A stretch of 62,965 bases of DNA, filler included, from Octopus bimaculoides (GCF_001194135.2; 8 parts of 8 records of this genome joined end to end with filler, not necessarily neighbours in it); one strand, 5' to 3'; numbered from the whole stretch's first letter, positions 11,976 to 24,756 are shown. Numbers and translations are program-made. Notes: a model not told the origin generated them from the sequence alone.

Positions 11976-12308
11976 ACATATATATATGTTTTCCAAAATG
12001 GAGGCGAACACATTTCTCCAAGTGATCAGCTTGAAAAATTGTTAAGATGCTTGGATATTTTCCTCCTTTTCTTAACATAAGACCAATGGTAGCCTTAACC
12101 CACAAATAAAGAAATTATATCCACCAATACAGTGTTGAGCACTCATTTTCACTGTTTGGCATATATATATATATATATATATAAAATACAGTATATCTGG
12201 AACAAAATTATCCAATACATTTTTTTTAAGGACAACTGGTTGTTATTTGAGGAATATTTGGCTGCTATTTTTACCAGGTTGAGAAATCACACACACACAG
12301 ACATATAT

Positions 12309-12640
12309 AGGTGCAGGTATGGCTGTGTGGTTAAGAAGTTAGCTTTACAACTACATGGTTTCAGGTTCATTTCTATGCCAAGGCACTTTGAGCAAATGCC
12401 TTTTTGTGAGTAAATTTAACAGACGAAAACTGTACAGAAGTCTGTCATACATGTCTGTGTTTTTAAGTTTGTCTCTTACAATTTGACAAGTGTTAGCTTG
12501 CTTGTGTCCCTGTAACTTAGCAGTTTAACTAATAGAAACTGGTAGAATAAGTACCAAACTGAAATCAGTTGCATCAACTAAACCTTTCATGTTATTGCCC
12601 CATAATGACCACAGTTCAATGGTTGAAACCAGTAAAATAA
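12309..12640 (+). mobile_element. SINE-A, old degenerate copy
   Basis: GGCTGTGTGGTTAAG head and GTTGAAACCAGTAAAA tail. Confidence 0.7.
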
Positions 12641-13368
12641 TGAAAGTATATATATAAATGTGTGTGTGTGTGTGNNNNNNNNNNNNNNNNNNNNNNNNNN
12701 NNNNNNNNNNNNNNNNNNNNNNNNNNNNNNNNNNNNNNNNNNNNNNNNNNNNNNNNNNNNNNNNNNNNNNNNNNAAAACAGGAAGTGTGTGTAAGGGGAG
12801 ACAAATGTTTTTAGCTGGAGTTATATGTTTAATATTTTGCCCTTTTCAGAAGAGGAAATATTTGGCAGATTTCTGATGAAAATCCTACGTTGTAAACACA
12901 CTTCTTTGTTAACACCAATATATAGTTGTTATTTTGTTTATCACTTCCCCTACTTCTCCAGGGTTAGCTTTGATTGAGCAGATCTGTGACATGTAATTAT
13001 TCTCTGCTTTTTTAGATGATAGTTTGAACTTTGGCAGAGTTTACTATTTATGATAGCTGAGGTTATATACATTGTATATATATATATATATATAATGTAC
13101 ATATTTAAATTAAGGCAACAGAGCCCTGCTCTGAATGTTTTATTGTATTTTATTGTGTCTTGAGTGCCTTTAGCAGAGTCCACTCTGTTGCAAGCATTCA
13201 AGCAAAGTTTCCAGTTTAATGGTACCTCCCTCCCACTAGTCTCAAAGGCTCTGTAAAGGATCATGGGTACTGCCTATCCTCCTGATGTCCTCACCCTCTG
13301 TTTTCTTTCTAACTAGGAAGCTATGTACCCACTTTTCATCAAAATACTTGCTTGTCCCTCTATCATAG

Positions 13369-13589
13369 TTGAACTTCTCAACACCTGAAATAAAGTCACC
13401 CCACTCAATACAACATCTCCACTCAGTTGCAGGATCTTGTCTTGAAAGTTACTTGGCAACCTCACGAGTAGCATTCCTCAAAAAAGCCCTCAGTATTCTC
13501 TGCAAAGCTAGAGGACTGTACCAAGCTCCAATGTCTGCTTTGGCAGACATGGAAGCTTGGTGTAGTTCCTGTCGAACTATTCAACTTAT
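13369..13589 (+). CDS. Candidate exon; a competing minus-strand reading exists at 13170-13600
   Basis: Pyrimidine-rich acceptor ...CCCTCTATCATAG, 73 open codons (LNFSTPEIKSP...WCSSCRTIQL), donor AT/GTGAGC; no homolog recognised. Confidence 0.3.
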
Positions 13590-14669
13590 GTGAGCATGAA
13601 AGATAGAAAAAAATATGATGATATGATGCCTCACTGATCAAATTTTCAAATTCTGTTTAAGTTCTCATTGTCTTTCCTCCTTTGGGCTGATAAAACATTT
13701 ACTTGTACATTTGATACGTTGCACAGTCAAATGAACTGACTGTATTTAGACAGAGAAAGGCCACAAAAGAAAGATTCACAAGTCTTCTGTAGTATGTATT
13801 AATTAAGCACAGTATTTACGATGAAAAGGTTGTATGCTTTTGATTCAGATGCTGTAAATTTGTTTTATGATACTGGGACAGCCTTATGCTTTGAGAGAAA
13901 GATTTGTTACTCATGCTATCTGAGAAAATTACATCTCAGTGACCAATTTACTGATCATATGCATTTGCTGTTGCCAATGAGGTTATTCTCCTTCAGATGG
14001 TTGGGTTATATTTGTCACTTCATTTTACAATGCTTTATTTTACAACAGTTTTATTTCGGCAATTTTCTTATGACCTCTCCCTCTTAAGCACAACCAACTC
14101 ATTCAAATCAGAGTTGTTTGTAGTTCCCAGAGAGTTATTCAAGATATGTAGGGTATATTCTTAATTGAACATGAATATAATTTTTCTTTCTTAAATTCTA
14201 ACCACTGATAATGGATTGGCAGACTTAGTAGAACAGGAGAAACTATATCTTTTGGTATTTAGTCCATTCTTTGTTTCTTCTGATTTCAAATGCTGTCAAG
14301 GCCAACTTTGCCTTTCATCCTTCTGGGAGAGATTGGGTCATAAAATACAGCACCAATAAAATTACTGGGATTGATATAATCAACACGTCTTTCCTCAATT
14401 TTGAAGCCAGGGTCACTTTTAATTACCAATATGATATGATACTGTTTCATCAATTTTTTATTTCTTATTTTTGTAAATTTCATGCTTCCTTGAATATCTT
14501 TGTTATTATTGTTGTTTATTACTTGCTGTTTAATTAAAGCTTTTAAAGAACAAAAGAGGGGTAGTCTTTTTTTTTTTACTTTTGACTGAATTCTCTTCAT
14601 TTTGTGAATTTGGAGGCTTGACAAAACGCCAAGTAGTATAATCCAAATTTCCCAAAAATCATATATTAC

Positions 14670-14777
14670 CATATTTGATTCTCCAGAGCCAATTCCAGCA
14701 CCTGATGGTAGCGAGATTGCCTGTGGTAATTTCTTCTCATTTCTTGACACTTTTGTGCATGGTTTGTTTGAACATAG
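14670..14777 (-). CDS. Candidate 108-nt internal exon of an unidentified gene
   Basis: Strong acceptor (T)n-GCAG, donor TG/GTAATA, two open frames (YVQTNHAQKCQEMRRNYHRQSRYHQVLELALENQI or LCSNKPCTKVSRNEKK...ESNM). Confidence 0.4.
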
Positions 14778-15373
14778 CTGCAAAAAAAAAAAAAGAAAAA
14801 ATCTCTACCAAAAGTCTCCACACAAAAGCCATGTTATGCCATGCCAACTACTAATATCATTTTATGTTATTTTAACATACATACATATATGTGAACCTGT
14901 GAGTGCTGTGAGAGTATGTTTATATGTGTACCTTTTGTATGTCTTTGTGTTGATGTGTGTGTGAAGATGTGAATATGAAATGAATGTTTAAGCTGAATGT
15001 TGTTTAAATTGATATGTTTAGTGTAGTTTAGTTCTACTAAATTGTAATCTAAAACAAATGGTAATCAATTAACTAAGAGAATAAATGAACACATTTCAGT
15101 AAATTCTAAAGCACATCTGAGTCTAACAGTAAAATCCAAACTCTCAGAATATTTCATGTAGCTCTAATCAGTTGCACGTAACCACCACATATAAGCAGTA
15201 GTGGAAAGAAACCAAGTGTTTGTTTAATAATAGTTATTTACCATGTAGTGTTTAATGACAGTTAATAAATAATGTAACAGTTAACCAAAAAAAAAAAAAA
15301 GAAAAAATACTAATTTATCCATCCAAGATTTTTGTTTTAAGGTATGACTTTATTTATCAATAATTGGTAGGAC

Positions 15374-15473
15374 NNNNNNNNNNNNNNNNNNNNNNNNNNN
15401 NNNNNNNNNNNNNNNNNTTAATTAATTAANNNNNNNNNNNNNNNNNNNNNNNNNNNNNNNNNNNNNNNNNNNN
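15374..15473. other. Assembly spacer (linker 15418-15429)
   Basis: 44 N + TTAATTAATTAA + 44 N. Confidence 0.95.
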
Positions 15474-15475
15474 AC

Positions 15476-16284
15476 AAACCTAACAACCCTGGCCGCCCCA
15501 TTGTTTCTGCTTGCAATTGCCCCACCGAACTCATTTCAAAATACCTCGACCATATCCTATCCTCGTTAGTTGCTGCCCTCCCATCCCACATACACGACAC
15601 TAACCACGCCCTTCGCCTCTTCAATTCCTTTTCTTTCCCTCCCGGCCCCTCACACCTCCTCTTCACCCTGGACATCAAATCCCTATACACCGTGATTCCA
15701 CACTACGATGGTCTCTCAGCCCTCCAATACTTCCTTGACCGCCGCCCTAATCCCACACCTAGCACCCCTACATTGCTTCGTCTGGCAGAACTCGTCCTCA
15801 TCCTCAACTGCTTCACGTTCGCCGGAGATACCTACCAGCAATTCTCTGGGGTCGCGATGGGAACGAGAATGGGTCCCAATTATGCCAACCTTTTCGTTGG
15901 TTACATTGAGGACCAAGTATTCTCCCAATTCTCCGGTCCGACCCGAGAACTATACGGTCGCTACATAGATGACTGTATAGGAGCCACCTCCCTCTCCCGC
16001 GAACAGCTCTGCCTTTTCATCTCCTTCCTCTCTAACTTCCACCCTACTCTTGACTTTACTTCTACCATCTCTGACACCTCTGTTAACTTCCTCGACATCT
16101 CTCCTTCCATCAACCTCCCTCCAACTCTCTAACTACCTCCGCCTTCTTCAAACCCACTGACTCCCACCTCTACCTCAACTTCTCCTCCCATCCATTTCAC
16201 ACCAAACGGGCCATCCCCTACTCCCAGTTCCTCCACCTCCGACGTTTGTGCAGCCTGGACCAGGATTTCGAGACCCAGTCCCAG
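15476..16284 (+). mobile_element. Penelope-like element reverse transcriptase fragment (fingers, palm, thumb); one frameshift near 16125
   Basis: Open 219 codons: PGRPIVSACNCPTELISKYLD, LDIKSLYTVIP, GVAMGTRMGPNYANLF, YGRYIDD, VNFLD; then shifted frame KPTDSHLYLNFSSHPFHTKRAIPYSQFLHLRRLCS; both ends cut by N. Confidence 0.92.
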
Positions 16285-17104
16285 NNNNNNNNNNNNNNNN
16301 NNNNNNNNNNNNNNNNNNNNNNNNNNNNNNNNNNNNNNNNNNNNNNNNNNNNNNNNNNNNNNNNNNNNNNNNNNNNNNNNNNNNNNNNNNNNNNNNNNNN
16401 NNNNNNNNNNNNNNNNNNNNNNNNNNNNNNNNNNNNNNNNNNNNNNNNNNNNNNNNNNNNNNNNNNNNNNNNNNNNNNNNNNNNNNNNNNNNNNNNNNNN
16501 NNNNNNNNNNNNNNNNNNNNNNNNNNNNNNNNNNNNNNNNNNNNNNNNNNNNNNNNNNNNNNNNNNNNNNNNNNNNNNNNNNNNNNNNNNNNNNNNNNNN
16601 NNNNNNNNNNNNNNNNNNNNNNNNNNNNNNNNNNNNNNNNNNNNNNNNNNNNNNNNNNNNNNNNNNNNNNNNNNNNNNNNNNNNNNNNNNNNNNNNNNNN
16701 NNNNNNNNNNNNNNNNNNNNNNNNNNNNNNNNNNNNNNNNNNNNNNNNNNNNNNNNNNNNNNNNNNNNNNNNNNNNNNNNNNNNNNNNNNNNNNNNNNNN
16801 NNNNNNNNNNNNNNNNNNNNNNNNNNNNNNNNNNNNNNNNNNNNNNNNNNNNNNNNNNNNNNNNNNNNNNNNNNNNNNNNNNNNNNNNNNNNNNNNNNNN
16901 NNNNNNNNNNNNNNNNNNNNNNNNNNNNNNNNNNNNNNNNNNNNNNNNNNNNNNNNNNNNNNNNNNNNNNNNNNNNNNNNNNNNNNNNNNNNNNNNNNNN
17001 NNNNNNNNNNNNNNNNNNNNNNNNNNNNNNNNNNNNNNNNNNNNNNNNNNNNNNNNNNNNNNNNNNNNNNNNNNNNNNNNNNNNNNNNNNNNNNNNNNNN
17101 NNNN

Positions 17105-17990
17105 TTTATTACAATCACTACAATTCTCCACAATTTATTTCATCCCTTCCTACACGCACACATACCCACACACAAAAAATACACGCACCCATACACACAC
17201 ATGTAAGCACACCATTCCCCCAACACACCACACACACACAACGCATATGCATGCACTCACACGCTCAGACTCGCCCACACACTTATACAAACGCACATAC
17301 ACTCGCACACTAGCGCATACTCACACACGCTAACAATCATGCAAACATACACACACACACACCAAACATACACACCCTTGCACACATAAACCATACATAC
17401 CCCTATTCACACATACCTCCCACACACCTGACAACTCATACATACCCCCATTCACACATACCTCACATACCTCCCATATACCTAACACACACACCTCCCA
17501 CACACCTTACATATATACCGCCCACACACATGACAAACATACATGCGCGCCCTCACACACACATAGACGAACGCACATATATACACACACACACACGCAC
17601 AGTGGTAGAGACACACACCTTACACAGCCCTATACACACACCGACAAACACACACACCCATGTATACGCGCACGCCTACATACACGAACATACACAGCCC
17701 CATACACATGCACACACACACACACACACAGGAGTGCACACAGAAAATAACACACCTACCTGGAACACATCCTTACGCTCTCCACACATTCGCACGCACA
17801 CACACATAAACACACACATACACATACACACACGCACACACATCTCTCACATACACAAACACACCCATACACACACATACACGTACACACATACACATAC
17901 ACACACATGCACACACGCACCCACACCTCTCACATACACAATACTCACTCACATACACAACACACACGCACGCACGAAAACATACACAAT
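17105..17990. repeat. Cryptic (CA)-rich simple-repeat block
   Basis: Continuous degenerate CA/CAC/CATA repeats. Confidence 0.9.
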
Positions 17991-18090
17991 NNNNNNNNNN
18001 NNNNNNNNNNNNNNNNNNNNNNNNNNNNNNNNNNTTAATTAATTAANNNNNNNNNNNNNNNNNNNNNNNNNNNNNNNNNNNNNNNNNNNN
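17991..18090. other. Assembly spacer (linker 18035-18046)
   Basis: 44 N + TTAATTAATTAA + 44 N. Confidence 0.95.
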
Positions 18091-18205
18091 GAAGAATGAA
18101 AAGTAAAGATAACGTCAACAAGAATCGAACTCACGACTCAAACAGCCAGAATAAATACCGCGAGGTATTTTGTTCGACGCTCTAATGCTTTCCGCCAAGT
18201 CGTCG
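18091..18205 (-). mobile_element. SINE-B 5' fragment
   Basis: Reverse complement resembles the GGCAGAA-CGTTAG...GAGTTC head of 26792 and 59413. Confidence 0.55.
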
Positions 18206-18219
18206 AAATATGGCGCTTG

Positions 18220-19012
18220 AACACCAACAACAACAACAACAAACCACCACCGCCGTCACCACCACCACCACCACCACCGCCGCCGCCGCCGCCGCCGTCC
18301 ACATCGACAGCAACAAATAACAACGCCAACCAACACTAGTTCTTCGTTGTTTTCGAAAATGTAAATAAACCCTCCTCTCCCCACACCTCACAACTGCTGT
18401 TACCCCCATCCTATTGCCATCACATCCCATTTCCACCACCACCACCACCACCACTACCACCATATCACCACTACTCTTCCTTCCACTCTCACAGCTCCCC
18501 CACCCGCAACACCGACACTCACACTTCACACCGATTCCTCTCTCTCTTTCTTTCATTGTCNNNNNNNNNNNNNNNNNNNNNNNNNNNNNNNNNNNNNNNN
18601 NNNNNNNNNNNNNNNNNNNNNNNNNNNNNNNNNNNNNNNNNNNNNNNNNNNNNNNNNNNNNNNNNNNNNNNNNNNNNNNNNNNNNNNNNNNNNNNNNNNN
18701 NNNNNNNNNNNNNNNNNNNNNNNNNNNNNNNNNNNNNNNNNNNNNNNNNNNNNNNNNNNNNNNNNNNNNAATGTCTCGGATTTAAGCCTCACACGTAAGT
18801 AACCCTCACGTATATAAATGGGTGTGTGTGTGTGTGTGTGAGCGTATGTGTGCGCGTGCGTGCGCGCGATGTGTGTGCGTCTGCGTCAAGCGTATGTGTG
18901 TGTGTGTGTGTGTGAAAGGATGTGATTGTGGGTGTGTATGAATGAATTATGCACGGGACATGATGTGCATATAAGTTTTTTGTATGTATGTATATATGCT
19001 TTTAACTCTGTG

Positions 19013-19044
<32 letters not shown>

Positions 19045-19394
19045 CATGGTTAAAATATATATATATATGTTTATATATGTGTGTGTGTGCGTGTGTACGA
19101 TGATGGTGTAGCTGGTCGAAACTTCGAAGTCATTGTCAACAACATTTGTGTATAAGAATAATAAATTTTGTACTCTACAAAAGTATAAAAGAAACCCTAT
19201 TAGATTAATGTAAAATTGTTTTTATCGTAAGTGAACATAGGTGCCCCAGCATGGCCACAGTCTAATGAGAAATTAAAGATAAAAGGTATATGTGTGTGTT
19301 CGTGTGTGTCTGTGTGTGTGTTTTGTATGTAGGTGCTTGTGTAAACAGACATTTATGTGTATAGAATTTTACAGGTGATTAGCATACGTACATG

Positions 19395-19447
<53 letters not shown>

Positions 19448-20010
19448 GCCTATGTTTACATATATGTCTCGTTTGTATGAATATGTAAACAAGTATACAC
19501 ACGTATTTAATTGTGTATATATAAACATTTATATTTAAACATAAACATTTTCAGTTTAACAGTTACAAAAATATTGTTTCATAAAATTCATAAATATGAA
19601 GTACATGTGTACAACTATGTGTATGTGTTTACCTGTGTGTGTGTGAGTGCGTGTGTGTGTGTGTGTGTGTGTGTGTTTCTCACCGAATACATTGTGTATG
19701 TGTGTGTGTGTGTGTGTGTGTGTCCAAGTGTATGTGCATGAGCGTGTTTGTGTCTGTGCGTGTATGTGTTCGGATACGTTGTGAGAGTTTGTGCGTGTAT
19801 GCGAATTCGTTATGTGTGTGTGTGTGTGTATGTGAAACCGAGTATGCGCTCGCGTGTTTGTATGTGCGGAAGAGACCGAACGTCCGCGTGTCGAAGTACA
19901 TTGTGTGTGAGTATATATGTGACCGAGTACGTGCCTGTGTGCGGGAGGAACCGAGTGCGTATTGATGGACAAGTACATTCTCTTTGTGTGCATCTAAGTA
20001 TGTGTGTGTA

Positions 20011-20043
<33 letters not shown>

Positions 20044-20130
20044 GTCCTAATTGGAGAGGTGTTTGTTTACATACACCTGTATAATTCAATAATCGTTGGA
20101 TATTGTGTGCGCGTGAGTAAATATCTAATT

Positions 20131-20167
<37 letters not shown>

Positions 20168-20401
20168 ATATATATATATACCCATACATAGACANNNNNN
20201 NNNNNNNNNNNNNNNNNNNNNNNNNNNNNNNNNNNNNNNNNNNNNNNNNNNNNNNNNNNNNNNNNNNNNNNNNNNNNNNNNNNNNNNNNNNNNNNNNNNN
20301 NNNNNNNNNNNNNNNNNNNNNNNNNNNNNNNNNNNNNNNNNNNNNNNNNNNNNNNNNNNNNNNNNNNNNNNNNNNNNNNNNNNNNNNNNNNNNNNNNNNN
20401 N

Positions 20402-20457
<56 letters not shown>

Positions 20458-20921
20458 ATATATATATATACCCATACATAGACATATACACACACGCTCT
20501 CACAAACACATACATACGAATACATAAGATAATGTGTCCGAATATATGATTAAATAATACATATAAAATACACACACACATATATACTTATATATTTATA
20601 TATACACACCTACACACACACACACACGCATTTAATCATCAGCATGTGTGCTACAAGATATACATACATGCATACATACGTAACACACACACACACATAT
20701 ATATACACATTTATTATACACGTTATCTGTATAAACTTATTCAATCCTTACAGGATTAATTGGGACTGGAAAAGTTTATATAGATAAAGTGTGGTGTGTG
20801 TTTGTGTATTCAACTTGCTTACAAAATGTATACACTTTTAATATACATTATCACTGGAAACTTATCTAACAGGTGTATATGTAACTATGAATGTGTGTGT
20901 GTGTGTGTGTATATGTATATG

Positions 20922-20978
<57 letters not shown>

Positions 20979-21261
20979 GCATATACACGCCCACACACAC
21001 ATAAATACATACATGCATATACATTAGCTATTCGCCAGAATTGTACCGAAATGAAATAAAAAAAAAGGGAAAGAAAGTTATGTGTTTTAATTCTTACTAT
21101 AAATAAATATAGAAATTTCCTTAAACGGGGATGTCTACTTAACCTAGAGCTACACACGCTGACGTGTTGGCGTATTCGTCGCGTACACTATAGCGGACAC
21201 TGCTAGCGCTTCTATCTGCACGCACATCATATGCATTCATAACACATACATACATGTGTGT

Positions 21262-21304
<43 letters not shown>

Positions 21305-21792
21305 TGTCTGTGTGATAATTCTTGAAACAAGCAAATACCAAAATATCAAAGTGATTCTATACAAGTTTAAGATGACTAAAAAAAAAGCACTTAAACGCAG
21401 ATTCTCTTACGCACACACGCACAGACATAAACACACAGACACAGACACACACAGACAGCCACACACACACACACGTGTGTGTGTGTGTTCTTTATATGAA
21501 TACAAATCGGTCAATAGTTCGTATATCCGAAAAGGAAGCTGGCTCTCAAACGTTAGAGCAGTAATACATTTAGAAGGTTGTTCGTTATGGTCGGTCAGAG
21601 AGAGTGACCAGTGGCTTTGTAGCGATAGAGCTTTATAGGCGACCCGGGAGACCGAAATGCCGAAGATGAGTCGCCTATACAGCTAAGGGCTTTATAGGGG
21701 CGAGACCAATGGTCACTCTCTGACCATCCATAACAAACAACAATCTAAATACATACATACATATAGAAATGCACAAACACACACACACACAT

Positions 21793-21856
<64 letters not shown>

Positions 21857-22599
21857 NNNNNNNNNNNNNNNNNNNNNNNNNNNNNNNNNNNNNNNNNNNN
21901 NNNNNNNNNNNNNNNNNNNNNNNNNNNNNNNNNNNNNNNNNNNNNNNNNNNNNNNNNNNNNNNNNNNNNNNNNNNNNNNNNNNNNNNNNNNNNNNNNNNN
22001 NNNNNNNNNNNNNNNNNNNNNNNNNNNNNNNNNNNNNNNNNNNNNNNNNNNNNNNNNNNNNNNNNNNNNNNNNNNNNNNNNNNNNNNNNNNNNNNNNNNN
22101 NNNNNNNNNNNNNNNNNNNNNNNNNNNNNNNNNNNNNNNNNNNNNNNNNNNNNNNNNNNNNNNNNNNNNNNNNNNNNNNNNNNNNNNNNNNNNNNNNNNN
22201 NNNNNNNNNNNNNNNNNNNNNNNNNNNNNNNNNNNNNNNNNNNNNNNNNNNNNNNNNNNNNNNNNNNNNNNNNNNNNNNNNNNNNNNNNNNNNNNNNNNN
22301 NNNNNNNNNNNNNNNNNNNNNNNNNNNNNNNNNNNNNNNNNNNNNNNNNNNNNNNNNNNNNNNNNNNNNNNNNNNNNNNNNNNNNNNNNNNNNNNNNNNN
22401 NNNNNNNNNNNNNNNNNNNNNNNNNNNNNNNNNNNNNNNNNNNNNNNNNNNNNNNNNNNNNNNNNNNNNNNNNNNNNNNNNNNNNNNNNNNNNNNNNNNN
22501 NNNNNNNNNNNNNNNNNNNNNNNNNNNNNNNNNNNNNNNNNNNNNNNNNNNNNNNNNNNNNNNNNNNNNNNNNNNNNNNNNNNNNNNNNNNNNNNNNNN

Positions 22600-22672
<73 letters not shown>

Positions 22673-22682
22673 TATATATATA

Positions 22683-22729
<47 letters not shown>

Positions 22730-23297
22730 ATGTTTGCGATTCCTTATGCCTGAGTCTGTATTTTATCATTTAAGAAAGAGGGATGTTGCTATCAACGAGA
22801 GTCTGGGTTCGATCCCAACTAGGTAACAATTTGGACTATGTCTTAGTTTTGGAGATAAAATTGATGACAGACGGGCAATGCGAGGGGGAGGTTGTGAGCA
22901 CGTTTGAGCACATAACCATCTAGGATACTCATCGTCGACACTGACGGAAGACACGTTACGATGAAGAAAGGCGAGTTTATAACAGAAAAGAAGGCGTGGG
23001 CAATACAACACATGGTGCATATACAAACAGATAATTGTGTGCAGTTGTGTACGAGTGTGTGTGTGTATGTGTGTGTGCGTGTGTGCGTGTGTGTGTGTGT
23101 GTGCATGCGTATGTGTGTACGAGTGTGAATGTGTGTATGTGAACGTGTGTAAATGAGTATATATGTGTGAACATGTGTGTGTATATATGTGAGTGTACGC
23201 TTATGTGTGTGTGTATGTATATGTGTGTGTATAGGTATGTATGAGCGTGTACATGTGTTTTTAGGCAGGATGTTCGAGCACCTATGTGTGGTACATT

Positions 23298-23337
<40 letters not shown>

Positions 23338-23450
23338 TGTGTGTGTGTGTGTGTGTGTGTGTTATGCATTTATGTTCAGGGTATTCTGTGCGAATGCAGA
23401 AATTTCTCATTCGTTCACTGACTTGCTGCAGGTATATATATATATATATA
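18220..23450. repeat. Microsatellite-dominated segment: (ACA), (ACC), (GCC), (TG), (TA), (CA) runs
   Basis: Directly visible; source of most spurious ORFs. Confidence 0.95.
21570..21748. mobile_element. 179-bp palindromic MITE-like element
   Basis: Arms TTAGAAGGTTGTTCGTTATGGTCGGTCAGAGAGAGTGACC / GGTCACTCTCTGACCATCCATAACAAACAACAATCTAA; inner AGCTTTATAGGCGAC / GTCGCCTATACAGCT; flanked by ATACAT on both sides. Confidence 0.75.
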
Positions 23451-23550
23451 NNNNNNNNNNNNNNNNNNNNNNNNNNNNNNNNNNNNNNNNNNNNTTAATT
23501 AATTAANNNNNNNNNNNNNNNNNNNNNNNNNNNNNNNNNNNNNNNNNNNN
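23451..23550. other. Assembly spacer (linker 23495-23506)
   Basis: 44 N + TTAATTAATTAA + 44 N. Confidence 0.95.
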
Positions 23551-23790
23551 AACATTATAAGACGGAAAAAACAAGTGTCATAAGGCGGCTGGTTTCCGAG
23601 GAGTACGTGTTAATGTCCCGTAGACACCTTCTCTCAACTTTTTTTCTACTTCATAAGGGTAAATACTCAATCTTCCACTTCTGTTCTTAGAGCTTTACTG
23701 CGTTCGAAGTTTATTTCCTTGTCTGCAAAATATCGAACACATTGGACGTTTCCAACGCTTGTTGATATACACACACACATACACACACAT

Positions 23791-23849
<59 letters not shown>

Positions 23850-23929
23850 TGCATGTATACATATATGTATGTATATATGTATATATATAAATATATATAT
23901 ACACATATATACATATGTGTGTGTGTGTG

Positions 23930-24090
23930 GAGGAATGGCTGTGTGGTAAGAAGCTTACTTCACAACTATATTGTTCCGGTTTCAGTTCCACTGCGTTGCA
24001 ACTTGGTCAAGTGTCTTCTACTATAGCCTCGGGGGGCCGACCAAAACATTATGAGTGGATTTGGTAGAATGAAATTGAAAGAAGCCCGTC

Positions 24091-24136
<46 letters not shown>

Positions 24137-24352
24137 CTGTGTCTGTGTTTGTCACCCCATCATCGCATGACCCCGGTGTTGGTGTGTTTACGTCCCTGTA
24201 ACACAGCGGTTCGGCAAAATAAACAACCGATAGAATAAGTGCTAGGCTTACAAAGTGTAAGGTCTGGCGTGGATTCGTCCGACTAAAACCGTTTAAGGCG
24301 ATGCTCTAGCATGGGCACAGTCGAATGACTTAAACATGTAAAAAAGTAAAAT
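23930..24352 (+). mobile_element. SINE-A, full length
   Basis: Head, internal (TA)n and tail match other SINE-A copies. Confidence 0.85.
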
Positions 24353-24455
24353 AACATATATTCTACCTACATATATATATAAATTTATATAAATAAGGAT
24401 AAGATCGATATTTAGAATATTCATCTTATCAAGTGGCCAGCATGGGAATAAAAAC

Positions 24456-24756
24456 CATCAAAGGTAACAATTATTTAAAATTATAATATAGGGTATCTAG
24501 GAGATACCACCACGCTGAAAATAACAGTCAAATCTTGACTCTAAACCACAATAAATGTTCATATAGCACGAAGAGCGAAGACGAAGATAAAATGAACTAG
24601 CAAAAATACTGGATAATTCCAGATCCCGAATTTCTGGCTTTGCATTATAAAAAGCTTTGCCTTCATCAGTGGAAATACACTCAGAAAAGCACATAAATAC
24701 ATATATATATATATACATATATATGTATATGGAATTATCCAGTATTTTTGCTAGTT
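24456..24756 (-). mobile_element. PLE-terminal-repeat-like sequence with a hammerhead motif and a 27-bp inverted duplication
   Basis: Hammerhead at 24617-24674; 24595-24621 is the exact reverse complement of 24730-24756. Confidence 0.6.
24617..24674 (-). ncRNA. Minimal type I hammerhead ribozyme motif (canonical core, imperfect stem II)
   Basis: TTCCA-CTGATGA-AGGC...GCCA-GAAA-TT(CGG)GA-TC-TGGAA: 5-bp stem I, AUC cleavage triplet. Confidence 0.65.

Noticed and set aside
19098-19135. GAAA-CTTCGAAG-TC with upstream CGATGA
   Set aside because: Probably a hammerhead relic, but the core lacks a base and stem I is replaced by a microsatellite; not listed as a feature.
20125-20490. Direct duplication ending ...CCCATACATAGACA on both sides of an N gap
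   Set aside because: Typical unmerged contig overlap in a (TA)n tract; likely an assembly artefact.
16129-23506. Many long ORFs rich in HT, CV, YI, LS or X
   Set aside because: Translations of (CA), (TG), (TA), (CT) microsatellites and N runs; the same applies to similar ORFs across the window.
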